This document shows positions 42,876-60,247 of a stretch of DNA of 64,000 nucleotides, piece after piece. The DNA comes from Eledone cirrhosa. Lineage: Eukaryota. Under the pieces are notes generated by a model that saw only the letters and a list, made by a program, of their open reading frames with translations, made no database searches and was not told the origin of the DNA. The stretch spans positions 36,766,001 through 36,830,000 of the forward strand of contig OZ024743.1 of NCBI GenBank assembly GCA_964016885.1, given 5' to 3'. The position numbers were made by a program, and so were the translations under genes. Every line of letters starts with the position of its first letter. The first letter of the stretch is position 1.

Positions 42876-43624
42876 CGGGATAGCAGGCAAACTAACAGGT
42901 AGGGAGAAATATGTATGCAGTAGATGTACAGGGAAATTAGACAGTAGAAGTCGCACTGATAGACACATTTTTCAAATGCGAGAGGGCGCTATAGAAGTGG
43001 TGGATAGCTTCCGGTACCTAGGAGATCAGATTAGCATGGGAGGAGGGTGTTCCGAGGCATAGTATCTAGAATAAGGACGGGTTGGAAGAAGTTTAGGGAG
43101 CTGCTTCCTCTGTTGACGAAGAAGGGTTTCTCCCTGCGTACGAAAGGCCGGTTGTATGATGCCTGTGTGAGGAGCGCGATGCTGCATGGTAGAGAGACAT
43201 GGGCAGCTACCGCAGAAGATATGCGACGGCTGGAGAGAAATGAGGCAAGCATGCTCCGTTGGATGTGCAATGTAAATGTGCGTGAACGACCCAGCATAAA
43301 TGTGTTGAGAGAGCAACTGTGTCTGAGAGGGATAGAATGTAGTGTACGGAGAGGAGACTGAGGTGGTATGGACATGTGATGCGCATGGAGGATGACCGAT
43401 GGGTGAAGAAGTGCCAGGAAATGCCAGTTGAAGGAAGACGTGGTAGAGGTAGACCACGAAAAACATGGGCGGAGGTGGTGAGAACAGACCTCAGATCATT
43501 GAAGCTCACGGTGGAGATGACGAGGGACCGTGACGAGTGGAGAGATGCTGTGCTGAATAAGACCCGTCCCACCCTTGCAAGCAGGGAAAAGCGGACGTAA
43601 AATGATGATGATGATGATGATGAT
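42876..43624 (+). mobile_element. 5'-truncated RTE-clade LINE inserted in (TA)n
   Basis: GIAGKL..YVCSRC...[10 protein letters not shown]...GGGC, then (frameshifts) [29 protein letters not shown]; ends GCGGACGTAAAA(TGA)n. Confidence 0.92.
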
Positions 43625-46130
<2,506 letters not shown>

Positions 46131-48847
46131 ACAGCAATGGTATGCTCTTGCTGCAGATGTGTGAGGAGCTGGATCTGTGTGTTACCAACACCATGTTCCA
46201 ACAAAAGAACAAATTCAAGACCACATGGATGCATCCTGCATCTAAGGAATGGCATCTTTTGGACTACGTCCTAGTCAGGATGCGTGACAGACAGGATGTG
46301 CGGTGTGTTCGTGTTCTTCGTGGAGCTGAGTGCTGGACGGACCACCGCCTGGTACGCGCAAAAGTGAATCTAATCACCAAACGTAAAATCCGGGCTCCTG
46401 GTGTTACCCTGCCCAAAAGATTGAATGCTGCTCGTCTTAAGGATAAAAATGTGAAGAGGACATTGGAAGAAGAGATGCAGGCTGCAGATCTTGGTGAGGA
46501 TTGGCCGACCCTTAAAAAGTCGGTTTATGATGTAGGCAGACGTGTTCTGGGATTGGTGCAGAGAAAACATCAGGACTGGTTTAATGAGAAAGATGTGCAT
46601 ATAGATGACTTGTTGGCTGATAAGAGGCGCGCTCTGTCACGCTACTTGACGGCAAGACCACAGGAGAGGAATACGTTGCATGAGGAGCTCAGGGATGTAA
46701 AATCACGTGTTAGGCGGAGTCTTTCTCAGATGAAGGATCAGTGGTGGAGTGAGAAGGCTGGTGAGATACAAACTGCGTCTGATTGCAATAACACAAAGCT
46801 GTTGTACAGTCTCTTGCGTGAGGTTTATGGACCGTCTTCTTCTCTGGTGACACCGATTCGCAGCAAGGATGGCAAAGAACTTCTTCGTGACTCACAGGGA
46901 ATTCTACGAAGGTGGCGGGAGCACTTTGATGATCTTTTGAATCAGCCGTCTGTCGTCAGTGAAGATTTCCTCAATCTCATTCCGGAAAGTCCTGTGAAAG
47001 TAGCTCTCGCAGAGCCTCCGACACTTGTGGAGGTTGCAGTGGCTATTTCGAAGCTGAACAGTGGAAGATCTCCAGGTATGGATGGCATACATGCTGAGCT
47101 CCTACAATATGGTGGTGAGAGACTCCTGCAACATCTTCACTCTCTGTTTGGAAGGATATGGGCTAATGAATCCGTGCCTGAGGACTGGAGAGATGCAGTA
47201 ATGGTGGTCTTGTACAAGGGAAAGGGTAACAGGAATGATTGTGGGAACTACAGAGGTATATCATTGCTTTCTGTCGTGGGAAAGTTTTATGTAGGGTGCT
47301 TCTGGACCGTCTGCTGACACACATTGCAGATTGTGTCCTTCCTGAAAGTCAATCTGGTTTTCGTGTTGGACGCGGCACTACTGATATGATCTTCTCAGCT
47401 AGACAGCTCCAGGAGAAGTGCATTGAACAGGGCTTGGATCTGTATCAGGTTTTGTCGATCTGACAAAGGCTTTCGATACTGTCAACAGAGATGCATTATG
47501 GAAGGTTCTCCAGAAACTTGGTTGCCCTGATAAGTTCCTTGCTTTAGTTAGGTCTTTCCATGACGACATGAAGGCTTGGGTTAATGTCGGAGGTAACATG
47601 TCGGAGCCTATCTCAGTAAAAAATGGAGTGAAACAGGGGGATATTCCAGCACCGACCCTGTTTGCCATATACTTTGCAATGGTTTTCTGTATTGCATTCA
47701 GGAATTGCGAGCATGGTGTTTACATCCGATATCGAACCTCAGGCAGCATATTTAACAATCAGGCGCTTTGCTGCGAAGACAAAAGTATTTACATCAGTCA
47801 TAAGAGACCTCTTGTATGCAGATGATTGCGATCTTGTAGCGCACACAGAGAGTGATATGCAACACATTTTGAATGTATTTTCTGACGCTTGCACTGCCTG
47901 CCTGGGTTTGACTGTCAGTCTCAAGAAAACCGTCGTCATGTACCAACCTGCACCTGGTAGGCAGTACACTGAACCAAACATCTATGTGTATGGCAAACGA
48001 CTTGGAGTGGTTGATCAGTTTGTCTACCTGGGAAGCACTGTCAATCGATACGGCAACCTTGACAGCGAAATCTCACTTAGGATTAGGAAAGCAAGTGATG
48101 CTTTCGGAAAGCTAGAAAGGCGACTCTGGGGTCGGCGAGACATATGCAGGAGGACAAAGGTAAGGGTGTACAGGGCATGTGTACTCTCTTGTCTTCTTTA
48201 TGCCTGCGAGACCTGGGTCACATATCGACGCCACCTTAAGCAATTGGAGCGTTTCCATCAGATGTGTCTCAGACGGATACATGGCGTTCGCTGGAGGGAC
48301 CACATCAGTGATGTCGAGATTTTGGAAAGCTCTATGTGTGACAGTATAGAAGCTCTTGTGCTTAAGCAGCGACTCCGTTGGAGTGGTCACCTTGCCAGGA
48401 TGAAGGATTCTAGAATACCAAAACAACTCTTCTATGGAGAGTTGGTTAAAGGAAAACGACCGCCACATAAACCAAAAAAGAGGTATAAGGATTCCTTGAA
48501 GGCCTCTCTGAAAGACGCTAACATCTCTGCTGATACATGGGAAAATATTGCTGCTGATCGTAATAAATGGAGAAAGACTGTATATGAGGGAAAAGTTGCC
48601 TTTGAGGCATCTCGAATCGCACACGAGAAAGTAAAGCGGGACGTGAGGAAGGGTATTGCTGTTGCACTTCCAGACGGCGAGGGTCCTCCTATGTTTCTGA
48701 CATGCAGCGTCTGTGCGAGACTCTGCCTAAGCAAAGCTGGACTCGAAAGTCATCTTCGCAGTCATAAAGTAAGACCAGTGGTTGACTACCAGGCTGCTGT
48801 TGGAGATGCTACTCATCATGCTTGCCAAACATGTGGTAGAGAATGTA
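46131..48847 (+). mobile_element. 5'-truncated BovB-like RTE LINE (end of APE, RT, C-terminal C2H2 fingers), running into an assembly gap
   Basis: NG.LLL..C....[66 protein letters not shown]...HLRSH; frameshifts near 47285, 47455, 47755. Confidence 0.93.
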
Positions 48848-49047
48848 NNNNNNNNNNNNNNNNNNNNNNNNNNNNNNNNNNNNNNNNNNNNNNNNNNNNN
48901 NNNNNNNNNNNNNNNNNNNNNNNNNNNNNNNNNNNNNNNNNNNNNNNNNNNNNNNNNNNNNNNNNNNNNNNNNNNNNNNNNNNNNNNNNNNNNNNNNNNN
49001 NNNNNNNNNNNNNNNNNNNNNNNNNNNNNNNNNNNNNNNNNNNNNNN
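48848..49047. other. Assembly gap (200 N)
   Basis: Run of n; contiguity across it is unverified. Confidence 0.99.
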
Positions 49048-49297
49048 ATAATATAATATATATATATATATTGATATAATATATATATATATGATATAAT
49101 ATATATATATATGATATATATATATATATATATATATATGATATAATATATTATATATATGATATAAATATATATATATATGATATAATATATATATATA
49201 TATATATATATGATATAATATATATATAATATAGATATAATATAATATATATATGATATAATATATATATATATGATATAATATATATATATATATG

Positions 49298-49349
<52 letters not shown>

Positions 49350-49466
49350 GATATAATATATATATATATATATAATATATAATATATGATATAATATATA
49401 TATATATATATATGATATAATATATATATATATATATATGATATAATATATATATATATATATATG

Positions 49467-49504
<38 letters not shown>

Positions 49505-49701
49505 GATATAATATATATATATATATATATGATATAATATATATATATATATATATGATATAATATATATATATATATATATGATATAATATATATATAT
49601 ATATATATGATATATATAATATATATATATATATATGATATAATATATATATATATATATGATATAATATATATATATATATATATGATATAATATTATA
49701 G

Positions 49702-49733
<32 letters not shown>

Positions 49734-49753
49734 TATAATATATATATATATAT

Positions 49754-49785
<32 letters not shown>

Positions 49786-50201
49786 GATATAATATATATA
49801 TATATAATATATATATATAATATATGATATATATATATAATATATATATGATATAATATATATATATATATGATATAATATATATATATATATATATATG
49901 ATATAATATATATATATATATATGAATAATATATATATATATATGATATAATATATATATATATATGATATAATAATATATATATATATGATATAATATA
50001 TATATATATATATGATATAATATATATATATATATGATATAATATATATATATATATGATATAATATATATATATATATGATATATATATATATATATAT
50101 ATGATATAATATATATATATATGATATAATATATATATATATGATATAATATATATATATATGATATAATATATATATATATATATGATATAATATATAT
50201 G

Positions 50202-50267
<66 letters not shown>

Positions 50268-50357
50268 TATAATATATATATATGATATAATATATATATA
50301 TATATGATATAATATATATATATGATATATATATAATATATATATATGATATAATAG

Positions 50358-50415
<58 letters not shown>

Positions 50416-50499
50416 ATAATATATATATATATATATATATGATATAATATATATATATATATATATATATGATATAATATATATATATATATATATATG

Positions 50500-50530
<31 letters not shown>

Positions 50531-50561
50531 GATATAATATATATATATATATATATATATG

Positions 50562-50599
<38 letters not shown>

Positions 50600-50653
50600 A
50601 TAATATATATATATATATATATATCATATAATATATATATATATATATATATG

Positions 50654-50684
<31 letters not shown>

Positions 50685-50715
50685 GATATAATATATATAT
50701 ATATATATATATATG

Positions 50716-50782
<67 letters not shown>

Positions 50783-51736
50783 GATATAATATATATATAT
50801 ATATATATATGATAAATATATATATATATATATATGATATAATATATATATATATAGATGATATAATATATATATATATATGATATATATATATATGATA
50901 TAATATATATATATATATATATATGATATAATATATATATATATATATATGATATAATATATATATATATGATATAATATATATATATATATATGATATA
51001 ATATATATATATATATATATGATATAATATATATATATATATATGATATAATATATATATATATATATATATATGATATAATATATATATATATATATAT
51101 GATATAATATATATATATATATATGATATAATATATATATATATATATATGATATAATATATATATATATATATGATATAATATATATATATATATATGA
51201 TATAATATATATATATATATATATGATATAATATATATATATATATATATGATATAATATATATATATATATATATGATATAATATATATATATATATAT
51301 GATATAATATATATATATATATATACGATATAATATATATATATATATATATATACGATATAATATATATATATATGATATAATATATATATATATATAT
51401 ACGAATATAATATATATATATATATATGATATAATATATATATATATATATGATATAATATATATATATATATATATGATATAATATATATATATATGAT
51501 ATAATATATATATATATATATATGATATAATATATATATATATATATATATGATATAATATATATATATATATATATGATATAATATATATATATATATA
51601 TATATGATATAATATATATATATATATATATGATATAATATATATATATATATATATGATATAATATATATATATATATATATATGATATAATATATATA
51701 TATATATATATATATGATATAATATATATATATATA
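49048..51736. repeat. Compound microsatellite (TA)n-TGATATAA
   Basis: Recurrent ATGATATAAT motif spaced by variable TA runs. Confidence 0.97.
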
Positions 51737-52251
51737 TGGTGGCTGCCAACTCGTTTTCGAGTACGGCCACTACTTTATATCCATGTAGGAGAACCCCTAC
51801 CGATACGCTGAACGAGTGTGACTTTTTAGTCTAACCAGCGACTTCAAACTCTGGTACAAACACTACACTTGTGACAATTATTGACACATAGTGCTGGGCC
51901 CATGGTACCATGTGACGACAAATGCAGAGAGATCTCCAGATATAAAGCAATGCCTGTGCCGTGAAGCTTTTATAGTGAGCAAAGGCACTGCACAAAGCCA
52001 GTCCCACTCTCTTAACCAAGATGATATTTACCAAAAAGAAGAACAAGTCAACATCATTGGATATCATCAGGGTTGCAGGTGTTATATCAGAGTTTTCCTT
52101 CTCCTAGAATTCTACCTTGACTAAGGCTAAGGGGTCATCTCTCCCGGTGATTTTGGATGGCCATTGACTCTTAAGAGCTCCTTTGACCTTTGACAGGTTT
52201 TGTTTTAGTCCTGCAGGATGTCCAAAGTCACCCTCCTCACCAAGAAACCTT
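51737..52251 (-). mobile_element. 515-bp non-coding island; right part resembles an RTE 5' UTR
   Basis: Minus strand reads ...GGTGAGGAGGGTGAC...AAAACCTGTCAAAGG...TAGCCTTAGTCAAGG...CTAGGAGAAGGAAAACTCTGA, a motif I recall from RTE 5' UTRs; no credible ORF. Confidence 0.5.
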
Positions 52252-52357
52252 GATATAATATATATATATATATATATGATATAATATATATATATATATA
52301 TATATAGATGATATAATATATGATATAAAATAATATATATATATATATATATGATAT

Positions 52358-52392
<35 letters not shown>

Positions 52393-52724
52393 TATATATA
52401 TCATAATATATATAAATATATATGATATAATATATATATATATATCATAATATATATATATATATATGATATAATATATATATATATATCATAATATATA
52501 TATATATATGATATAATATATATATATATATCATAATATATATATATATCATAATATATAATATATATATATATCATAATATATATATATATCATAATAT
52601 ATAATATATATATATATATCATAATATATATATATATGATAATATATATATATATGATATAATATATATATATATATCATATATATATATATGATATAAT
52701 ATATATATATATATCATATATATA

Positions 52725-52760
<36 letters not shown>

Positions 52761-53137
52761 TATATATATATAATACATATATATATATAATACATATATA
52801 TATATAATACATATATATAATATATATATATATATAATACATATATATAATATATATATATATCATATATATATATAATATATATACATATCATATATAT
52901 ATATAATATATATACATATCATATATATATATAATATATATATATATATCATATATATATATATATATATATATATCATATATATATATAATATATATAT
53001 ATCATATATAATATATATATATCATATATAATATATATATATCATATATAATATATATATATCATATATAATATATATATATCATATATAATATATATAT
53101 ATCATATATAATATATATATATCATATATAATATAAT

Positions 53138-53169
<32 letters not shown>

Positions 53170-53218
53170 ATATATATATATATATCATATATAATATATA
53201 TATATATATATAATATAT

Positions 53219-53250
<32 letters not shown>

Positions 53251-53299
53251 ATATATATATATATATCATATATAATATATATATATATATATAATATAT

Positions 53300-53333
<34 letters not shown>

Positions 53334-53419
53334 ATATAAATATATATATCATATATATATATATATCATATATATATATATATATATAATATATATATAT
53401 ATATAATATATATATATAT

Positions 53420-53458
<39 letters not shown>

Positions 53459-53465
53459 TATATAT

Positions 53466-53512
<47 letters not shown>

Positions 53513-53546
53513 TATATATATAATATATATATATAATCATATATAT

Positions 53547-53599
<53 letters not shown>

Positions 53600-53650
53600 A
53601 TATATAATATATATATATATATAATATATATATATATATATAATATATAT

Positions 53651-53682
<32 letters not shown>

Positions 53683-53816
53683 ATATATATATATATATAT
53701 AATATATATATATAATATATATATATATAATATATAATATATATAATATATATATAATATATAATATATATATAATACATATATATATAATATATATATA
53801 ATATATATATATATAT

Positions 53817-53874
<58 letters not shown>

Positions 53875-53886
53875 TATATATATAAT

Positions 53887-53917
<31 letters not shown>

Positions 53918-53926
53918 TATATATAT

Positions 53927-53969
<43 letters not shown>

Positions 53970-54053
53970 ATATATTATATATATAATATATATATAATAT
54001 ATATATATATATATTTATATATATAATATATATATAATATATATATATATAAT

Positions 54054-54085
<32 letters not shown>

Positions 54086-54113
54086 ATATATATATATAAT
54101 ATATATATATAAT

Positions 54114-54147
<34 letters not shown>

Positions 54148-54253
54148 ATATATATATATAAATATATATATAATATATATATATATAATATATAATATAT
54201 AATATATATATATAATATATATATAATATATATAATATATATATATATATAAT

Positions 54254-54311
<58 letters not shown>

Positions 54312-54624
54312 CATATATCATATATATATATATATCATATATATATATATATTTTATGATCATATATATATATATATATATATATCATATATATATAATA
54401 TATCATATATATATATATATATATCATATATATATATATATATATCATATATATATATATATATATATCATATATATCATATATATATATCATATATATA
54501 TATTATATATATAATATATATATATATATCATATATATATATATATCATATATATATATCATATATATATATATATATATATAATATATATATATATATC
54601 ATATATATAAATATATATATATAT

Positions 54625-54673
<49 letters not shown>

Positions 54674-54776
54674 ATATATATATATAATATATATATATAA
54701 TATATATATATATATATAATATATATATATAATATATATATATAATATATATATATATATATAAATATATATATTA

Positions 54777-54808
<32 letters not shown>

Positions 54809-54824
54809 ATATATATAAATATAT

Positions 54825-54869
<45 letters not shown>

Positions 54870-54884
54870 ATATATATAATATAT

Positions 54885-54929
<45 letters not shown>

Positions 54930-55225
54930 TATATATATAATATATCATATATATATATATATTTATATCATATATATATATATATTTATATCATATATAT
55001 ATATATATATATCATATATATATATATATCATATATATATATATATATATCATATATATATATATCATATATATATATATCATATATATATATATATATA
55101 TATCATATATATATATATATATATATCATATATATATATATATATATATCATATATATATATATATATATATATCATATATATATATATATATATCATAT
55201 ATAATATATATATATCATATATATA

Positions 55226-55284
<59 letters not shown>

Positions 55285-55785
55285 CATATATATAATATAT
55301 ATATCATATATATATATAATATATATATATATCATATATATAATATAATATATATATATATCATATATATCATATAATATATATATATCATATATATAAT
55401 ATAATATATATATATCATATATATAATATAATATATATATATATCATATATATATATAATATATATATATATCATATATATATATAATATATATATATAT
55501 ATCATATATATATATATATATATATAATATATATATATATATCACTCTTAAGAGCTCCTTGACCTTTGACAGTTTTGTTTTTAGTCCTGCAGGATGTCCA
55601 AAGTCACCCTCCTCACCAAGAAACCTTGATATAATATATATATATATATATATGATATAATATATATATATATATATATATAGATGATATAATATATGAT
55701 ATAATATAATATATATATATATATATATGATATCATATATATATATATATGATATGATATAAATATATATATATGATATGATATG

Positions 55786-55832
<47 letters not shown>

Positions 55833-55894
55833 GATATCATATATATATATATATATGATATGATATAATATATATATATATGATATGATATGAT

Positions 55895-55925
<31 letters not shown>

Positions 55926-56390
55926 TATATATATCATAATATATATATATATATATGATATAATATACATATATATATCATAATATATATATATATATGA
56001 TATAATATATATATATATATAATATATATATATATATCATAATATATATATATATATATGATATAATATATATATATATATCATAATATATATATATATC
56101 ATAATATATATATATATGATAATAATATATATATGATATAATATATATATATATATAATATATATATATATATATCATATATATAATACATATATATATA
56201 TATAATATATATATATATATATCATATATATATATAATATATATATATATCATCTATATATATATAATATATATATATATCATATATATATATAATATAT
56301 ATATATATCATATATATATATAATATATATATATATCATATATATATATAATATATATACATATCATATATATATATAATATATATATAT

Positions 56391-56421
<31 letters not shown>

Positions 56422-56428
56422 CATATAT

Positions 56429-56462
<34 letters not shown>

Positions 56463-56568
56463 ATATATATATATAATATATATATATCATATATAATATA
56501 TATATATATATAATATATATATATATATATAATATATATATAATATATATATATATATATCATATATA

Positions 56569-56599
<31 letters not shown>

Positions 56600-56679
56600 A
56601 TATATATATATCATATATAATATATATATATCATATATAATATATATATATATATAATATATATATATATATAATATAT

Positions 56680-56712
<33 letters not shown>

Positions 56713-57019
56713 CATATATATATATATATCATATATATATATATATATATAATATATATATATATATAATATATATATATATATCATATATAATATATAT
56801 ATATATATAATATATATATATATATTATATATATATATATATTATATATATATATATCATATATATATATATATATATAATATATATATATATATATTAT
56901 ATATATATATATCATATATATATATATATATATATAATATATATATATATATCATATATATATATAATATATATATATATATATCATATATATATATAAT
57001 ATATATATATATATATCAT

Positions 57020-57051
<32 letters not shown>

Positions 57052-57244
57052 ATATATATATAATATAGTATATATATATATATAATATATATATAATATA
57101 TATATAATATATATATAATATATATATAATATATATATATAATATATATAATATATATATATAATATATATATATATAATATATAATATATATATATATA
57201 ATATATAATATATATATATATAATATATTATATAATATATATAT

Positions 57245-57275
<31 letters not shown>

Positions 57276-57277
57276 AT

Positions 57278-57332
<55 letters not shown>

Positions 57333-57334
57333 AT

Positions 57335-57366
<32 letters not shown>

Positions 57367-57386
57367 ATATATAATATATAATATAT

Positions 57387-57419
<33 letters not shown>

Positions 57420-57453
57420 ATATATATATATAATATATATATATATATATAAT

Positions 57454-57485
<32 letters not shown>

Positions 57486-57500
57486 ATATATAATATATAT

Positions 57501-57531
<31 letters not shown>

Positions 57532-57568
57532 ATATATATATATAATATATATATATATATTAATATAT

Positions 57569-57613
<45 letters not shown>

Positions 57614-57686
57614 ATATATATAATATATATTAATATATATATAATATATATATATAATATATATATAATATATTATATATATTATA

Positions 57687-57720
<34 letters not shown>

Positions 57721-57762
57721 ATATATATATAATATATAATATAATCTATAATATATATATAT

Positions 57763-57794
<32 letters not shown>

Positions 57795-57823
57795 ATATAT
57801 ATATATAATATATATATTATAAT

Positions 57824-57855
<32 letters not shown>

Positions 57856-57867
57856 ATATATATATAT

Positions 57868-57912
<45 letters not shown>

Positions 57913-57914
57913 AT

Positions 57915-57951
<37 letters not shown>

Positions 57952-57997
57952 CATATATATATATATATTTATATCATATATATATATATATTTATAT

Positions 57998-58032
<35 letters not shown>

Positions 58033-58173
58033 TATATATCATATATATAATATATATATATATATCATATATATATATCATATTTATATATATCATATAT
58101 ATATATCATATATAATAATATATATATATATAATATATATATATATCATATATATAATATATATATATATATC

Positions 58174-58205
<32 letters not shown>

Positions 58206-58215
58206 TATATATATC

Positions 58216-58261
<46 letters not shown>

Positions 58262-58276
58262 ATATATATATATAAT

Positions 58277-58310
<34 letters not shown>

Positions 58311-58314
58311 ATAT

Positions 58315-58348
<34 letters not shown>

Positions 58349-58661
58349 ATATATATATATATAATATATATATATAATATATAATATATATATATATATA
58401 TATCATATATATATAATATATCATATATATATATATATTTATATCATATATATATATATATTTATATCATATATATATATATATTTATATCATATATATA
58501 TATATATATATCATATATATATATATATCATATATATATATATATATATCATATATATATATATATATATCATATATATATATATCATATATATATATAT
58601 ATATATATCATATATATATATATATATATATCATATATATATATATATATATATCATATAT
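52252..58661. repeat. Compound (TA)n microsatellite with TCATA/TAATA motifs, organised as a ~3.4-kb tandem duplication
   Basis: Unique anchor 52167-52251 is repeated at 55544-55629 and followed by the same rare variants (TAGATGATATAA). Confidence 0.85.
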
Positions 58662-58717
58662 AATAGGATATGTGTTCCTTCACGCATAAGGCGCTAAGGG
58701 ACGCATGTATTGTCCAA

Positions 58718-58795
58718 CTGACGAGAATCTTTCTTTGCAACGAAGGCCGTATGGTCTCCGTTTACTTTTGGGATTCGAAACCGATCGGTAAAGGT
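58718..58795 (+). ncRNA. 5'-truncated hammerhead copy (lacks the 5' strand of stem I)
   Basis: Begins exactly at the C of CTGACGA, fused to the inverted terminal segment. Confidence 0.75.
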
Positions 58796-59196
58796 AACTA
58801 TAGTAGGTAAAGTCAATTTTTAAATTTATTTTGAAACTTTTTCATTATTTGCTAAACCTTGTTTATATATGTTCTGGCTCGTTAATTTATTAACCTGCCA
58901 TTGAACCACATTGGCATTTGGTTGGACAATACATGCGTCCCTTAGCGCCTTATGCGTGAAGGAACACATATCCTATTATTACTACTCTCCGCTATTGTTG
59001 AGAGACAAATTGGGTTGTTCCGACTGCTGCTAGTGATAGTTGCGGCCGGTTTGACCTACCTCCCTCTGCCTCTATCTTTACTTCGGCCCTTGAAAAAAAT
59101 TGATTCCACTTCATTCACTCTCATCTCAGGAACAGTTTTGGATAGCGCTAGTTCGTAATTTAAATTCAAGAATTTTATATTCTTCGAATGAAAAGA

Positions 59197-59279
59197 ACCT
59201 TCTGACGAGAATCTTTCTTTGCAACGAAGGCCGTATGGTCTCCGTTTACTTTTGGGATTCGAAACCGATCGGTAAAGGT
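59197..59279 (+). ncRNA. Type I hammerhead ribozyme, complete copy 1
   Basis: ACCTT-CTGACGA-GAATC...GATTC-GAAA-CCGATCGG-TA-AAGGT; stem I ACCTT/AAGGT, stem II GAATC/GATTC, predicted cleavage after GUA (59274). Confidence 0.88.
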
Positions 59280-59681
59280 AACTATAGTAGGTAAAGTCAA
59301 TTTTTTAAATTTATTTTGAACTTTTTCATTATTTGCTAAACCTTGTTTATATATGTTCTGGCTCGTTAATTTATTAACCTGCCATTGAACCACATTGGCA
59401 TTTGGTTGGACAATACATGCGTCCCTTAGCGCCTTATGCGTGAAGGAACACATATCCTATTATTACTACTCTCCGCTATTGTTGAGAGACAAATTGGGTT
59501 GTTCCGACTGCTGCTAGTGATAGTTGCGGCCGGGTTTGACCTACCTCCCTCTGCCTCTATCTTTACTTCGGCCCTTGAAAAAAATTGATTCCACTTCATT
59601 CACTCTCATCTCAGGAACAGTTTTGGATAGCGCTAGTTCGTAATTTAAATTCAAGAATTTTATATTCTTCGAATGAAAAGA

Positions 59682-59764
59682 ACCTTCTGACGAGAATCTT
59701 TCTTTGCAACGAAGGCCGTATGGTCTCCGTTTACTTTTGGGATTCGAAACCGATCGGTAAAGGT
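59682..59764 (+). ncRNA. Type I hammerhead ribozyme, complete copy 2
   Basis: Same sequence as 59197-59279; predicted cleavage after 59759. Confidence 0.88.
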
Positions 59765-60164
59765 AACTATAGTAGGTAAAGTCAATTTTTTAAATTTATT
59801 TTGAAACTTTTTCATTATTTGCTAAACCTTGTTTATATATGTTCTGGCTCGTTAATTTATTAACCTGCCATTGAACCACATTGGCATTTGGTTGGACAAT
59901 ACATGCGTCCCTTAGCGCCTTATGCGTGAAGGAACACATATCCTATTATTACTACTCTCCGCTATTGTTGAGAGACAAATTGGGTTGTTCCGACTGCTGC
60001 TAGTGATAGTTGCGGCCGGTTTGACCTACCTCCCTCTGCCTCTATCTTTACTTCGGCCCTTGAAAAAATTGATTCCACTTCATTCACTCTCATCTCAGAA
60101 CAGTTTTGGATAGCGCTAGTTCGTAATTTAAATTCAAGAATTTTATATTCTTCGAATGAAAAGA

Positions 60165-60247
60165 ACCTTCTGACGAGAATCTTTCTTTGCAACGAAGGCC
60201 GTATGGTCTCCGTTTACTTTTGGGATTCGAAACCGATCGGTAAAGGT
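60165..60247 (+). ncRNA. Type I hammerhead ribozyme, complete copy 3
   Basis: Same sequence as 59197-59279; predicted cleavage after 60242. Confidence 0.88.

Noticed and set aside
58952-60192. Short ORFs (63-92 aa) in the ribozyme units
   Set aside because: Frames are broken differently by indels between copies, with no recognisable motifs; the RNA structure explains the sequence better.
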